Shown in pieces: positions 17,712 through 27,446 of a stretch of DNA of 64,000 nt. The first letter of the stretch is position 1; each line of letters starts with the position of its first letter. The DNA is from Thermoplasmatota archaeon (lineage in GTDB: Archaea > Thermoplasmatota > Thermoplasmata > UBA10834): contig CAWFTI010000001.1 of assembly GCA_963818745.1 (NCBI GenBank), positions 156,422 through 220,421 on the forward strand. Direction: 5' to 3'. A program made the translations under genes and the position numbers. The notes under the pieces were generated by a model. The model did not search any database. It was not told where the DNA came from and was given only the letters and a program-made list of their open reading frames with translations.

Positions 17712-19349
17712 ATGATAGGGCAAACACCTATTCTCATCTTGAAGGAAGGCACCAGGAGAGAGAAGGGAAAGGGCGCGCAGTTCAGCAACATCACTGCAGC
17801 CAGAGCCATAGCGGATGCCGTCAGAAGCACGCTCGGCCCGAGGGGCATGGACAAGATGCTCGTCGACAGCATGGGCGATGTCGTGATAACGAACGACGGT
17901 GTGACGATATTGAAGGAGATAGACGTCGAGCACCCGGCCGCGAAGATGATCGTGGAAGTAGCCAAGACCCAGGACGAGGAATGCGGGGATGGCACGACCA
18001 CTGCGGTCATTCTCGCCGGGGAGCTGCTGAAGAAGGCGGAAGCGCTGATCGAGCAGAACGTCCACCCGACGGTCATATCCGGCGGCTTCAGGATGGCTGC
18101 GAACAAGGCAAGGGAGGTCCTCGAGAACATATCGATCAAGGTCTCCCCTGACGACAAGTCGGTTCTGTTAGACATCGCGAGGACTGCGATGATCTCGAAG
18201 AGCGTCGCCGCATCCAGGGACTTGCTCGCGGACGTCGCGGTCAAGGCCGTGAGCGCCGTCGCGGAGAAGAGAGAGGACGGCAAGATGGTCGTCGACGACG
18301 ACAACATACAGGTCGTCAAGAAGCAGGGCGGCTCCACGGACGACACCCAGATGATCTCGGGCATCATCGTCGACAAGGAAGCCGTTCACCCGGCCATGCC
18401 GAAGAAGGTCGAGAAGGCCAAGATCGCGCTGGTCGACTCCGCGTTGGAGGTCAAGAAGACCGAGATCGACGCGAAGATCGAGATCACGGACCCATCCCAG
18501 CTGCATGCGTTCCTCGACGAAGAGGAGAACATGCTCAAGAAGATGGTCGAGACCGTCAAGAAGTCCGGTGCGACGGTGCTCTTCTGCCAGAAGGGCATAG
18601 ACGACCTCGCACAGCACTTCCTGTCGAAGGAAGGCATATACGCGGTCCGCAGGGTCAAGAAGAGCGACATGGAGAAGCTCGCCAAGGCGACCGGCGCCAG
18701 CCTCGTGACAAAACTCGACGACCTCAGGGCGAACGATCTCGGATTCGCCGCATTGGTCGAAGAGAAGAAGATCGCCGACGACAGGATGACTTTCGTCACG
18801 GGCTGCAAGAACCCGAAGGCCGTCTCGATACTGATCAGGGGCGGCACGGAGCACGTCGTGGACGAGATCGACAGGTCGCTGAACGACGCGATCAGCGTCG
18901 TGGCGGTCGCCATCGAGGATGGCAAGCTCGTCACGGGCGGCGGCTCGTCTGCGATGGAAGTCGCCCTGAAGCTCAGGGATTACGCTGCCTCCATCGGAGG
19001 CAGGGAGCAGATCGCGATCGATGCCTTCGCGAACGCACTCGAGGTCGTACCGACGGCACTGTCGGAGAACGCTGGCCTCGACCCGATCGATGTTCTCATC
19101 GAGCTCAGGCAGGCCCACAAGTCGGGCAAGATCTACGCCGGGATCAACGTGTTCACGGGCAAGGTCATCGACATGAAGAAGGAGAAGGTCCTGGAGCCGA
19201 TCAGGGTCGGAAGGCAGGCAATAACCTCCGCCACCGACGCCGCGGTCATGATCCTGAGGATCGATGATGTCATCGCGTCCAAGGGCGGAAGCGCGGGCGG
19301 CAGGGGACCGAAGGGCCCCGGCATGGGCGACGAGGGCGGTCTGGATTAG
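17712..19349 (+). CDS. ths: Thermosome subunit (group II chaperonin)
   Basis: GGAGGT is followed by ATG at 17712. Motifs: GPRGMDKML, ITNDGVTILKEIDVEHPAAKM, GDGTTTAV, and a Gly-rich C-terminal tail. The ORF track starts at TTG 17694. Confidence 0.95.
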   Translation: MIGQTPILILKEGTRREKGKGAQFSNITAARAIADAVRSTLGPRGMDKMLVDSMGDVVITNDGVTILKEIDVEHPAAKMIVEVAKTQDEECGDGTTTAVILAGELLKKAEALIEQNVHPTVISGGFRMAANKAREVLENISIKVSPDDKSVLLDIARTAMISKSVAASRDLLADVAVKAVSAVAEKREDGKMVVDDDNIQVVKKQGGSTDDTQMISGIIVDKEAVHPAMPKKVEKAKIALVDSALEVKKTEIDAKIEITDPSQLHAFLDEEENMLKKMVETVKKSGATVLFCQKGIDDLAQHFLSKEGIYAVRRVKKSDMEKLAKATGASLVTKLDDLRANDLGFAALVEEKKIADDRMTFVTGCKNPKAVSILIRGGTEHVVDEIDRSLNDAISVVAVAIEDGKLVTGGGSSAMEVALKLRDYAASIGGREQIAIDAFANALEVVPTALSENAGLDPIDVLIELRQAHKSGKIYAGINVFTGKVIDMKKEKVLEPIRVGRQAITSATDAAVMILRIDDVIASKGGSAGGRGPKGPGMGDEGGLD

Positions 19350-19404
19350 ACGCGTACCCTCAAACCCTTTATCAATTTCTTAAAAACACCACGAACGAAT
19401 ATGC

Positions 19405-20040
19405 ATGCTCGAACTTGAGAGCTGGAGGCGGTGGAACACGGCCGACGAGGAACCGAGCGGGGCGGCGAACGGAGAGGGAGGCGACGAGGCTGATGAGAAG
19501 CCCGAGCCAGACCCATTGGTGGAGAGGGACCGGACGATAACGGACCTCACCGTCGCACTCAAGCGCCTGCAGGCCGAGTTCGAGAACTACAAGAAGCGCA
19601 CGGAGAGGGAATGGTCCGAGAGGGTCAAACTCGCTGGCGAGAGAGTGATCGCCGACCTGCTGCCGCTGCTGGACACCTTCGACAAGGCCTTGGAGGACGC
19701 GAGGAACAACGGGGATGCGAAGAGCCTCAGGAAGGGGCTGGAGAGCATCCACAAGCAGCTGGTCATGACCCTTCAGAAGGAGGGCCTCCGCGAGGTCGAG
19801 GCGAAGCACAGGTTCGACCCGTTCGCCCACGAGGCGATGATGAGGGAGGAGAAGGAGGGTGTCGAGGACGGAAGGATCCTCGAGGTCTTCCAGAAGGGAT
19901 ACGCTCTCGGTCCCAAGGTCATCAGGACCGCGAAGGTCAAGGTGGCCGTGAAGAAGGAGCAGCCTCAGGAAGTCACAGTTCAAGATCAACCAGTCGAGAA
20001 GGTCTCCGAAGGAGACGGCAAGGAAGAACAAGAGGAGTGA
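19405..20040 (+). CDS. grpE: Nucleotide exchange factor GrpE
   Basis: LQAEFENYKKRTERE, LLPLLDTFDKAL, FDPFAHEAM, GYALGPKVIRTAKVKV. Confidence 0.92.
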   Translation: MLELESWRRWNTADEEPSGAANGEGGDEADEKPEPDPLVERDRTITDLTVALKRLQAEFENYKKRTEREWSERVKLAGERVIADLLPLLDTFDKALEDARNNGDAKSLRKGLESIHKQLVMTLQKEGLREVEAKHRFDPFAHEAMMREEKEGVEDGRILEVFQKGYALGPKVIRTAKVKVAVKKEQPQEVTVQDQPVEKVSEGDGKEEQEE

Positions 20041-20046
20041 GATGAC

Positions 20047-21936
20047 ATGACAGACTCAAAGGGAAAGATAATCGGGATAGACCTGGGAACGAGCAACTCT
20101 GCAGCGGCGGTGATCGAGGCCGGAAGGCCCACGATCATCCCGAGCGCGGAGGGGACGAGCCTGGGAGGCAAGGCGTTCCCGTCCTATGTGGCGTTCACGA
20201 AGGACGGGCAGATGCTGGTCGGGGAGCCGGCGAGGAGACAGGCGGTATCGAACCCCGAGGGCACCGTGATGGCGATCAAGAGGAAGATGGGCACGGACTA
20301 CAGGGTGCACATATACGGCAAGGAGTACACGCCACAGCAGATATCGGCCTTCATCCTCCAGAAGATCAAGCGGGATGCGGAGGCGTACCTCGGCTCCAAG
20401 GTCGAGAAGGCGGTCATCACGGTCCCAGCGTACTTCAACGACAACCAGAGGCAGGCGACGAAGGACGCGGGCACCATAGCTGGCCTCGAGGTCGTGAGGA
20501 TCATCAACGAGCCCACGGCGGCGGCGCTCGCCTACGGCCTGGACAAGGCCGAGAAGGAGCAGAAGATACTCGTGTTCGACCTCGGAGGCGGGACCCTCGA
20601 TGTCACCATCATGGAGTTCGGCCAGGGAGTGTTCGAGGTCATCTCGACCAGCGGGGACACGCAGCTCGGGGGCACCGACATGGACAACGTCCTCGTCGAG
20701 TACGTATCGAAGGAGTTCAAGGCCGACACGGGCATCGAGATCGCCAAGGACAAGATGGCGGTCCAGAGGATCCGGGAGGCCGTGGAGAAGGCTAAGATAG
20801 AGCTGTCGTCCACGCTCGAGACGGAGATCAACCTCCCGTACCTGAGCGCGGACGCCTCTGGTCCGAAGCACCTCGCGATGAAGCTCACGAGGGCCAAGCT
20901 GGAGGAGCTCGTGCGGCCCACCATCGAAAGGTGCAGGAAGCCCCTGACGCAGGCGCTCCAGGACGCGAAGCTCACGCCGGACAAGGTCGACAAGATCATC
21001 CTGGTGGGCGGTCCGACGAGGATGCCCATGGTCCAGAAGTTCGTCGATGACATCCTGGGCACCAAGATCGTCCGCGGGGTAGACCCGATGGAGTGCGTCG
21101 CGATGGGCGCGTCGATCCAGGGAGGGATACTCGAAGGCAGCGTCAAGGACCTGCTCCTGCTCGATGTGACCCCGCTCTCGATGGGCGTCGAGACCCTGGG
21201 CGGAGTGTTCCACAAGCTGATCGAGAGGAACACGACGATACCCACGAGGAAGAGCGAGATATTCAGCACCGCGGCCGACGGACAGACCAGCGTGGAGGTG
21301 CATGTGCTCCAGGGCGAGAGGCCCATGGCGCCCGACAACGTCACGCTCGGGAGGTTCCACCTCATAGGCATGCCGCCAGCGCCGAGAGGGATGCCCCAGA
21401 TAGAGGTCACGTTCGACATCGACGCCAACGGCATCATCGACGTGAGCGCGAAGGACCTCGGCACAGGCAAGGAGCAGAAGATCACGATCACGGCCACCAC
21501 GAAGCTGGACAAGAACGACATCGACCGGATGGTCAAGGACGCGGAGAAGTTCGCCGACGACGACCGGAAGCGCAAGGAGAAGGCCGAGGTGAAGAACAAG
21601 GCCGAGCAGAAGGTCTACGAGGTCGGCCGCATCCTCGAGGAGATGGGGGACAAGGTCCCGCAGGACCTCAAGGAGCGGATCACGAAGCTCGCGGACGATG
21701 TCAAGGCAGCCCTGCCCAGCGACGACCCCGCAGCGATCAAGCAGAAGCTCGACGAGCTGGAGAAGGCGCTCCTCGAGATCGGCAAGAGGGTGTACGAAGC
21801 GACCGCGAAGCAGCAGGCCCAACAGCCGCAACAGGGTCCTCCGCCGTCCGAGGGCGCGGAGCCGTCCGAAGGCGGGGACAAGGGCTACGTGGACGCCGAA
21901 TACAAGATAGTGGACGACGAGGAGAACAAGAAGTAG
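20047..21936 (+). CDS. dnaK: Hsp70 chaperone DnaK
   Basis: 629 aa. [33 protein letters not shown], and a C-terminal lid with an acidic tail. Confidence 0.97.
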   Translation: MTDSKGKIIGIDLGTSNSAAAVIEAGRPTIIPSAEGTSLGGKAFPSYVAFTKDGQMLVGEPARRQAVSNPEGTVMAIKRKMGTDYRVHIYGKEYTPQQISAFILQKIKRDAEAYLGSKVEKAVITVPAYFNDNQRQATKDAGTIAGLEVVRIINEPTAAALAYGLDKAEKEQKILVFDLGGGTLDVTIMEFGQGVFEVISTSGDTQLGGTDMDNVLVEYVSKEFKADTGIEIAKDKMAVQRIREAVEKAKIELSSTLETEINLPYLSADASGPKHLAMKLTRAKLEELVRPTIERCRKPLTQALQDAKLTPDKVDKIILVGGPTRMPMVQKFVDDILGTKIVRGVDPMECVAMGASIQGGILEGSVKDLLLLDVTPLSMGVETLGGVFHKLIERNTTIPTRKSEIFSTAADGQTSVEVHVLQGERPMAPDNVTLGRFHLIGMPPAPRGMPQIEVTFDIDANGIIDVSAKDLGTGKEQKITITATTKLDKNDIDRMVKDAEKFADDDRKRKEKAEVKNKAEQKVYEVGRILEEMGDKVPQDLKERITKLADDVKAALPSDDPAAIKQKLDELEKALLEIGKRVYEATAKQQAQQPQQGPPPSEGAEPSEGGDKGYVDAEYKIVDDEENKK

Positions 21937-22021
21937 GCTCCCCAAACCTCTTTCTCTCACTTTCGTCTTATCCGTGCCGGCAAGGACACCGACGGGGAGT
22001 TTCGCACTCAGAGGCTGAAGG

Positions 22022-23176
22022 ATGGCTTCGAAAAGGGATTACTACGAGATCCTGGGCGTGAGCAGGACCGCGTCCAAGGATGATGTCAAGAAGGCCTACA
22101 AGACCATGGCCATGAAGCATCATCCTGACATGAACAAGGAAAACCCGAAGCAGGCCGAGGAGAAGTTCAAGGAGCTCTCGGAGGCCTACGAGGTCCTTGC
22201 GGACGACGAGAAGAGGGCCAGGTACGACCAGTACGGCCACGAGGGCGTGCAGAGCTCGTTCAGGAGCGGAGGGTTCGACTGGTCCGATTTCACGCACTTC
22301 AACGATGTGAGCGACATCTTCGGGGGCTCCGGAGGGTTCGGCGGGAGCATCTTCGAGCAGTTCTTCGGAGGCGGGAGGGGCAGGCAGAGCCCTCAGGAGG
22401 GCAGATCCCTCAGGTACGACATCGAGATAGCCCTGGAAGAGGCTGCCAAGGGCCTCGAGAAGGAGATACGCGTCCCTCACTCCGTCCAGTGCTCATCGTG
22501 CGGCGGGCACGGCGCGAAGCCGGGGGACATGAAGACCTGCCCGACGTGCAAAGGGGCCGGCCAGGTGCAGAGAGGGCAGAAGCGCGGGTACACCAGCTTC
22601 GTCACGATATCCGCATGTCCCACCTGCAAGGGTGCGGGAAAGCAGATCCTGAAGGCGTGCTCCGCGTGCTCGGGCGAAGGCGTGACCCAGACGGTCAGCA
22701 CCCTGAAGGTGTCGATACCGAAGGGCGCGGACGAGGGCATGAGGCTGAGGATCAGAGGGGCCGGGGAGGCCAGCGCGAACGGTGGGCCGCCCGGGGACCT
22801 ATACATAGTGATCCACCTGAAGGAGCACGATGTGTTCGCGAGGGATGGCAACGACCTGTACATAGATGCGTTCATCACCTACACCCAGGCGGCCCTGGGG
22901 CACGAGCTCGAGGTGCCGACGCTCGACGGCAAGGCGCTGGTGACGATCCCCTCCGGGACCCAGACCGGGACGGTCCTCAGGCTCAAGGGCAAGGGCATGC
23001 CCGACCTGAGGGGATACGGAACGGGGGACGAGTTCGTGCGTGTCCAGATCGTGACTCCGACCAAGCTCACCTCCGAGCAGAAGGATCTTCTCAAGCAGTT
23101 CGGACGGTCCGTGGGGGACTACGAGAAGTCTGCCAAACGAAGGTCGGTCTTCGACGGTTTCCGCCACAGAACCTAG
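22022..23176 (+). CDS. dnaJ: Co-chaperone DnaJ (type I)
   Basis: J-domain with HPD (KHHPDMN), a G/F-rich linker, and four CxxCxGxG repeats ([32 protein letters not shown]). Confidence 0.95.
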   Translation: MASKRDYYEILGVSRTASKDDVKKAYKTMAMKHHPDMNKENPKQAEEKFKELSEAYEVLADDEKRARYDQYGHEGVQSSFRSGGFDWSDFTHFNDVSDIFGGSGGFGGSIFEQFFGGGRGRQSPQEGRSLRYDIEIALEEAAKGLEKEIRVPHSVQCSSCGGHGAKPGDMKTCPTCKGAGQVQRGQKRGYTSFVTISACPTCKGAGKQILKACSACSGEGVTQTVSTLKVSIPKGADEGMRLRIRGAGEASANGGPPGDLYIVIHLKEHDVFARDGNDLYIDAFITYTQAALGHELEVPTLDGKALVTIPSGTQTGTVLRLKGKGMPDLRGYGTGDEFVRVQIVTPTKLTSEQKDLLKQFGRSVGDYEKSAKRRSVFDGFRHRT

Positions 23177-23215
23177 CGTAACATATTTATCCGTAGCTAG
23201 ACAAATCATGGTCGA

Positions 23216-23968
23216 ATGAGACTGGTTGGGCTCCTGACAGAGGACCCGAGAGCATATTTTGAGATGCTCGAGGTCCTGAGGGAACAGGACCTGAAGTACA
23301 TCTCCCTCGAGTTCTCCGACCCTATACCCGCGAACGTAGCGGTGGTGCTGACCACCGAGCACGAAAGACACAGGGTGCAGTTCGACGCGGTCGTGTCCGA
23401 TGATGACCCCGAAGTGGCCATCGGGAAGGCGAAGAAGGCCCTCTCGGGAGACAAGAACGTCAACGACCTCATGATCGGCATAGATCCTGGCCACAGGCCC
23501 GGGGTGGCAGCCCTCGGAGATGGCGTCGTGTTGAGCAGATCCCTCGCTCCTACACCCGAGGCCGTGAGGGAGATGGTCGAGGACATACTCGAGAACTACC
23601 CATCGAACAATGTGATCATCAGGATAGGCCACGGGGACAGGACGAACAGGAATAGGATATTCAACAGGCTCTGGGACGATGGCCACAAGCTGGAGATCGT
23701 CGATGAGAGGAATACCACCACGCGCTCGCAGACCCCGGACGAGGACGCGGCGGTCGAGATCGCGATGACGCCCGGCTACAGGCCCTACTCCAGACAGAAG
23801 GTCGAGCCGTGCGACGGGGAGATAAGGAACATACAGCGCATCAGCAGGCTCGAGAGCAACGGGATGCTGACCGTCTCGAAGGACCTCGCCTCGAAGGTCG
23901 CGACAGGCGAACTCTCCATGGACCAGGCGATAGACCTCCAGAGAGGTTCTGGGCCTGACAACGACTAG
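23216..23968 (+). CDS. Predicted RNase H-fold (RuvC/YqgF-like) nuclease, function unknown
   Basis: LMIGIDPGHRPGVAALGDGVV, IRIGHGD and IVDERNTT resemble the acidic strands of RuvC/YqgF-type resolvase folds. No closer family is recognised. Confidence 0.4.
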   Translation: MRLVGLLTEDPRAYFEMLEVLREQDLKYISLEFSDPIPANVAVVLTTEHERHRVQFDAVVSDDDPEVAIGKAKKALSGDKNVNDLMIGIDPGHRPGVAALGDGVVLSRSLAPTPEAVREMVEDILENYPSNNVIIRIGHGDRTNRNRIFNRLWDDGHKLEIVDERNTTTRSQTPDEDAAVEIAMTPGYRPYSRQKVEPCDGEIRNIQRISRLESNGMLTVSKDLASKVATGELSMDQAIDLQRGSGPDND

Positions 23969-24924
23969 AACAGATGATGCTCCGTCGGCGTCGCCTTGCC
24001 CCCGACATCGCACCTGATCGTCTCGATGCCCAGCTTCTTGATCCTGTCTTCGACCTCGGCCACCAGGCCGGGATGGGTGTTGACATAGACCGTCGCGCCC
24101 GTGTCGATTGAGAAGTACGCTTTGAGACCTTCCTCGCGCATCTTCCTAACCTCGAGTATGACCTTCACGGTCTCCGGCCGCCAGAGTATCATCTCGTCCA
24201 GGCCGGTCATGGTTATCCCGTGCAGGATGAGGGAGTCCTTCTCCGCCAGCAGCCCTATTCGGTCGATGTCCTTCTTCTTTATCGCGCTCTCCATCTCCGC
24301 GAGCGCACCGTGGACATAGGCCAGGCGCGAGTGGAAGAACGGCGACCCGAGCACGGCCCTGTGGGCGTTCTCGGTGAACTTGAATGCCGGGATGAGCGCG
24401 ACGACAATCCCGATCTGGAAGTCCTCTGACATCAGCTGGTAGGAATACGACTCCTCGTCCTCGTGACCGGCCTTCCACCTCGAGAACGCACCGGTCACCG
24501 ACCTCGTCGCGGACCCTGCCCCCCGCCTCGCGATGGTCGACATCTGTTCGAGCGAGAGGTTCAGTCCAGTGGCCTCGCACGCAGCGATTGCGAGCGCGGC
24601 GAACCCTGAGGCCGAGGCCCCGAGGCCGACATTGGATGGGAAGTTGTTCCTGGACTCCATCCTGAACCTGTCCTTGACACCGCTCCTCCGGCGGACCTCG
24701 TCGACCACGAACACGACGCGTTCCAGCTCCCTGTCGGACAGCATCCTACCGTCGACCGTGGCCTGGTCCTTGTCCGAATTCCCGAACTCGATCGTCGTGT
24801 GTGATTCGGTGGGAGAGGTCGCGACCGATATCGAGTCGTGGAACGGTATCCTCAGTTCCTCGTCCTTCAGACCGTGATACTTTATCAGGCCCTGGATCGG
24901 ATGAGCCTTCGCGGAACCTTTCAT
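23965..24924 (-). CDS. Mevalonate (di/mono)phosphate decarboxylase family protein (GHMP superfamily)
   Basis: AHPIQGLIKYHGLKD, NNFPSNVGLGASASGFAALAIA (GHMP motif II), ARRGAGSATRSVTGAF. The substrate (MVAPP, MVAP or 3,5-bisphosphate) cannot be told from the sequence by eye. Confidence 0.8.
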   Translation of the reverse strand: MKGSAKAHPIQGLIKYHGLKDEELRIPFHDSISVATSPTESHTTIEFGNSDKDQATVDGRMLSDRELERVVFVVDEVRRRSGVKDRFRMESRNNFPSNVGLGASASGFAALAIAACEATGLNLSLEQMSTIARRGAGSATRSVTGAFSRWKAGHEDEESYSYQLMSEDFQIGIVVALIPAFKFTENAHRAVLGSPFFHSRLAYVHGALAEMESAIKKKDIDRIGLLAEKDSLILHGITMTGLDEMILWRPETVKVILEVRKMREEGLKAYFSIDTGATVYVNTHPGLVAEVEDRIKKLGIETIRCDVGGKATPTEHHLF

Positions 24925-24933
24925 GCCAATACC

Positions 24934-25338
24934 TCACACGTCGAACAGGACGATCAGCGTGCCCTTCGCGTCGTCGAACTCCAGCCGATGATATGTTATG
25001 CCTTTCACAACAGACCTCTTGGGATGCCTCTCACCGTCGAACTCCTCGCCGCGAACGAAGGCCTCCAAGGTCAGGCCGTTGGTCTTCACCCTGAACTCGC
25101 TGAACACGAGATTCTCGGCATCGTGCAGGAACAGCAGTTCCTGCAGGAAATCGACCAGCAACTGCTCCCTGCTCTCCGCGCTGAGCACGACCTTGAACTC
25201 CCCCTTCGGGACAACCTTCGAGACGTCGGTCATCTGGTCGAAGAGCGCGTATGCGGCGTTCTCGAACCGCTCGCCCAGCGTCTCCCCATGGACCTCGACC
25301 ATTGCGTCGGCCGTGTGTTCGAGAACCCTGTACCTCAT
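24934..25338 (-). CDS. Archease
   Basis: 134 aa. MRYRVLEHTADAMVEVHGETLGERFENAA...VKGITYHRLEF is the typical archease signature. Confidence 0.85.
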   Translation of the reverse strand: MRYRVLEHTADAMVEVHGETLGERFENAAYALFDQMTDVSKVVPKGEFKVVLSAESREQLLVDFLQELLFLHDAENLVFSEFRVKTNGLTLEAFVRGEEFDGERHPKRSVVKGITYHRLEFDDAKGTLIVLFDV

Positions 25339-25365
25339 CGTGAGAAAAGTGCGATTGCCAGTATA

Positions 25366-26070
25366 TCAAGGCTGTGCCTTGACACAGCCCCGACAGTAGT
25401 TGCACGAACTCGACAACTGGCAGGAGGCGCACTTGGGGTTTCGCGCGCTACATACCGCGCGCCCGTGCTCTATGAGGTTGATGTGGAAGTTGTAGAACTC
25501 CCTGGTCGGGACCAGGCGGGCCAGGTCCTCCTGCGCCTTCTCTCGCGATGTCCTGGGTCCGATCAATCCGAGCCTCATGCTGACGCGATGCACGTGGGTA
25601 TCCACCGGGAAGGCTGGCATCCCGAGAGAGAACAAAAGGACTATCGATCGAGTCTTGGGCCCCACGCCTTTCATCTGGGCCAGCCACGCATCGGCCTCGG
25701 CGGGCCGCATATCCCTCAGGAATTCAAGGGTCAGGGCGCCCCTGGAATCCTTGATGAACTTGAGTGCACCGAGGATCCTCTCCGCTTTGATGTCCGGGAG
25801 CCCCCCCGAGCGTATGATCCTGGACACCTTCGAGGTCGGCTCTCCAAGGAGTTCGTCCCAACTCGGATACTCCTTCTTGAGTGCCAGAAAGCTCCTGTGG
25901 GAGTTGGTGTCAGTGGTGTTCTGGGACAGGATCGTCTCCACGAGTGTATCCAAGGGATCGTTGCCGCCGGAGGGCAGCTGCCGTCCGTAAATCCGCGTGA
26001 GGGTACGGTTCATCAGCAGCGCTTTCTTCCTCAGCGATGCCGTCCCGCGATCCTGTCGCATTGAGTTCAT
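25366..26070 (-). CDS. nth: Endonuclease III (HhH-GPD glycosylase/lyase with a 4Fe-4S loop)
   Basis: ILSQNTTD, the HhH motif MKGVGPKTRSIVLLF, FPVDTHVHRV, and CSARNPKCASCQLSSSC (C-x6-C-x2-C-x5-C). Confidence 0.9.
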   Translation of the reverse strand: MNSMRQDRGTASLRKKALLMNRTLTRIYGRQLPSGGNDPLDTLVETILSQNTTDTNSHRSFLALKKEYPSWDELLGEPTSKVSRIIRSGGLPDIKAERILGALKFIKDSRGALTLEFLRDMRPAEADAWLAQMKGVGPKTRSIVLLFSLGMPAFPVDTHVHRVSMRLGLIGPRTSREKAQEDLARLVPTREFYNFHINLIEHGRAVCSARNPKCASCQLSSSCNYCRGCVKAQP

Positions 26071-27446
26071 CCCGTGGTTATCCTGACGTCCCGGAAGACC
26101 ATGCTCGGCATAAGGGAAGAGCCGAAATCCTTCTGGTCCGAACCCACCATCTCGACGCCGCCCAGCAGGTCCATGACATTGCCCGAGACCAAGGCTCCGC
26201 TCACGCCCCCGACTATCTCCCCGTGCTCGATCTTCAGGCCCGGGCTCGCGACGAACGAAAAGTCACCCGTCTCGACATTGGCGGTGTGGGCCCCTTGGCA
26301 CCCCCACACCAGATAGCCGCGATCCATCTGCCGGACGAGGCTGTCCAAGTCCCCTCTGCCTCGTTCGACGACGAGGTTCGTTGGGGCTATGGACAGGTTC
26401 CCTGTCGAATAGTCCCTCGTGCCGTTCCCAGTGGAATCCTCACCTGCGATGGCACCGAAGTAGCTGTTCCACAGGAACCCTTTGAGCACACCGTCCTTGA
26501 CGAGCACCGTCTTCTTGCAGGGCAACCCCTCGTCGTCGAACGGCCTGGAGCCCGCGCGGCCTGGAATGGTCGGATCGTCCGTCAGAGACAAAGCACTGCC
26601 AGCCACTTCCTTCCCGACCTTGTCCGCCAGGAACGAGTTCTTCCTCACGAAATACTCCCCGGACAATGCTCTGCTGAGCACTATGTTGAGCAAGCCCGAT
26701 TCACTGCTTCCGAGCGACAGCGGGGAGAACAAGACCTTGCATCTCTCGGTCCTGGGATTCGCAGCGCGTGCGCAGAGACGAGCGATCCGGCCAGAGGATT
26801 CGCCGAGAAGTTCGAAATCCAGGTTTTTCGAGCGCGATGCGGCGGCGTCCATGCATTCCGGTGTGACCGCATTCCCCGTCCCGCTCACGCTGATGCAGTC
26901 CGCCGAGAGGATAGTCTCCTCCATCAACGCCTCGATGCCAGAAGAGTTGGAGATCGCGATGACCTTGTGGATGGCCTCCACCTCGCCCCCGGTGACAGAC
27001 ACGCTACCGGCGCTGCGGGCCGATCCGATCATCACGTCCGCGGATGAGCGAAGCTCGGACAGGTCCATCGAGGAGACTCGCTTGTCGAACACACCTCCGA
27101 CAGGACGATACGACCTCTTGGATGAGGGGAAGCCCTGCCAATTTCTGTCCTTGTCTCCCGCCCCAGACATCTTGAGCGCCGAGGCCACACACATGCGCAC
27201 ATGCTTCGAATCGAAGGTGTTCGTGAAGGCCATTCCCATCTTCCCGTCGGTGACGGCACGCACGAAGATGCCAAAGTCCTTCAAGGAAGAGGCGCCCACC
27301 ACTCTGTCGCGCTCGATGAGCACGCTCCGCTCGCGCACGGCATTGCAGAAGATCTCGTACTCTTTGCATTTGAGCGAGCGGGCTGCCTTGCGCGCTTCAG
27401 AGACCGTATCCTGAACGATGGATTTCTGCGATGTGTCAGCGGCCAT
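26067..27446 (-). CDS. pmbA: PmbA/TldE-family metalloprotease subunit
   Basis: The ATG at 27446 shares one base with the tldD stop (TGATG). The C-terminal region (GFLWNSYFGAIAG...TGNGTR...VERGRGDL..., GEIVGGVSGALVSGNVMDLL) is typical of PmbA. The longer N-terminus in the ORF track overlaps tldD and was rejected. Confidence 0.85.
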   Translation of the reverse strand: MAADTSQKSIVQDTVSEARKAARSLKCKEYEIFCNAVRERSVLIERDRVVGASSLKDFGIFVRAVTDGKMGMAFTNTFDSKHVRMCVASALKMSGAGDKDRNWQGFPSSKRSYRPVGGVFDKRVSSMDLSELRSSADVMIGSARSAGSVSVTGGEVEAIHKVIAISNSSGIEALMEETILSADCISVSGTGNAVTPECMDAAASRSKNLDFELLGESSGRIARLCARAANPRTERCKVLFSPLSLGSSESGLLNIVLSRALSGEYFVRKNSFLADKVGKEVAGSALSLTDDPTIPGRAGSRPFDDEGLPCKKTVLVKDGVLKGFLWNSYFGAIAGEDSTGNGTRDYSTGNLSIAPTNLVVERGRGDLDSLVRQMDRGYLVWGCQGAHTANVETGDFSFVASPGLKIEHGEIVGGVSGALVSGNVMDLLGGVEMVGSDQKDFGSSLMPSMVFRDVRITTG

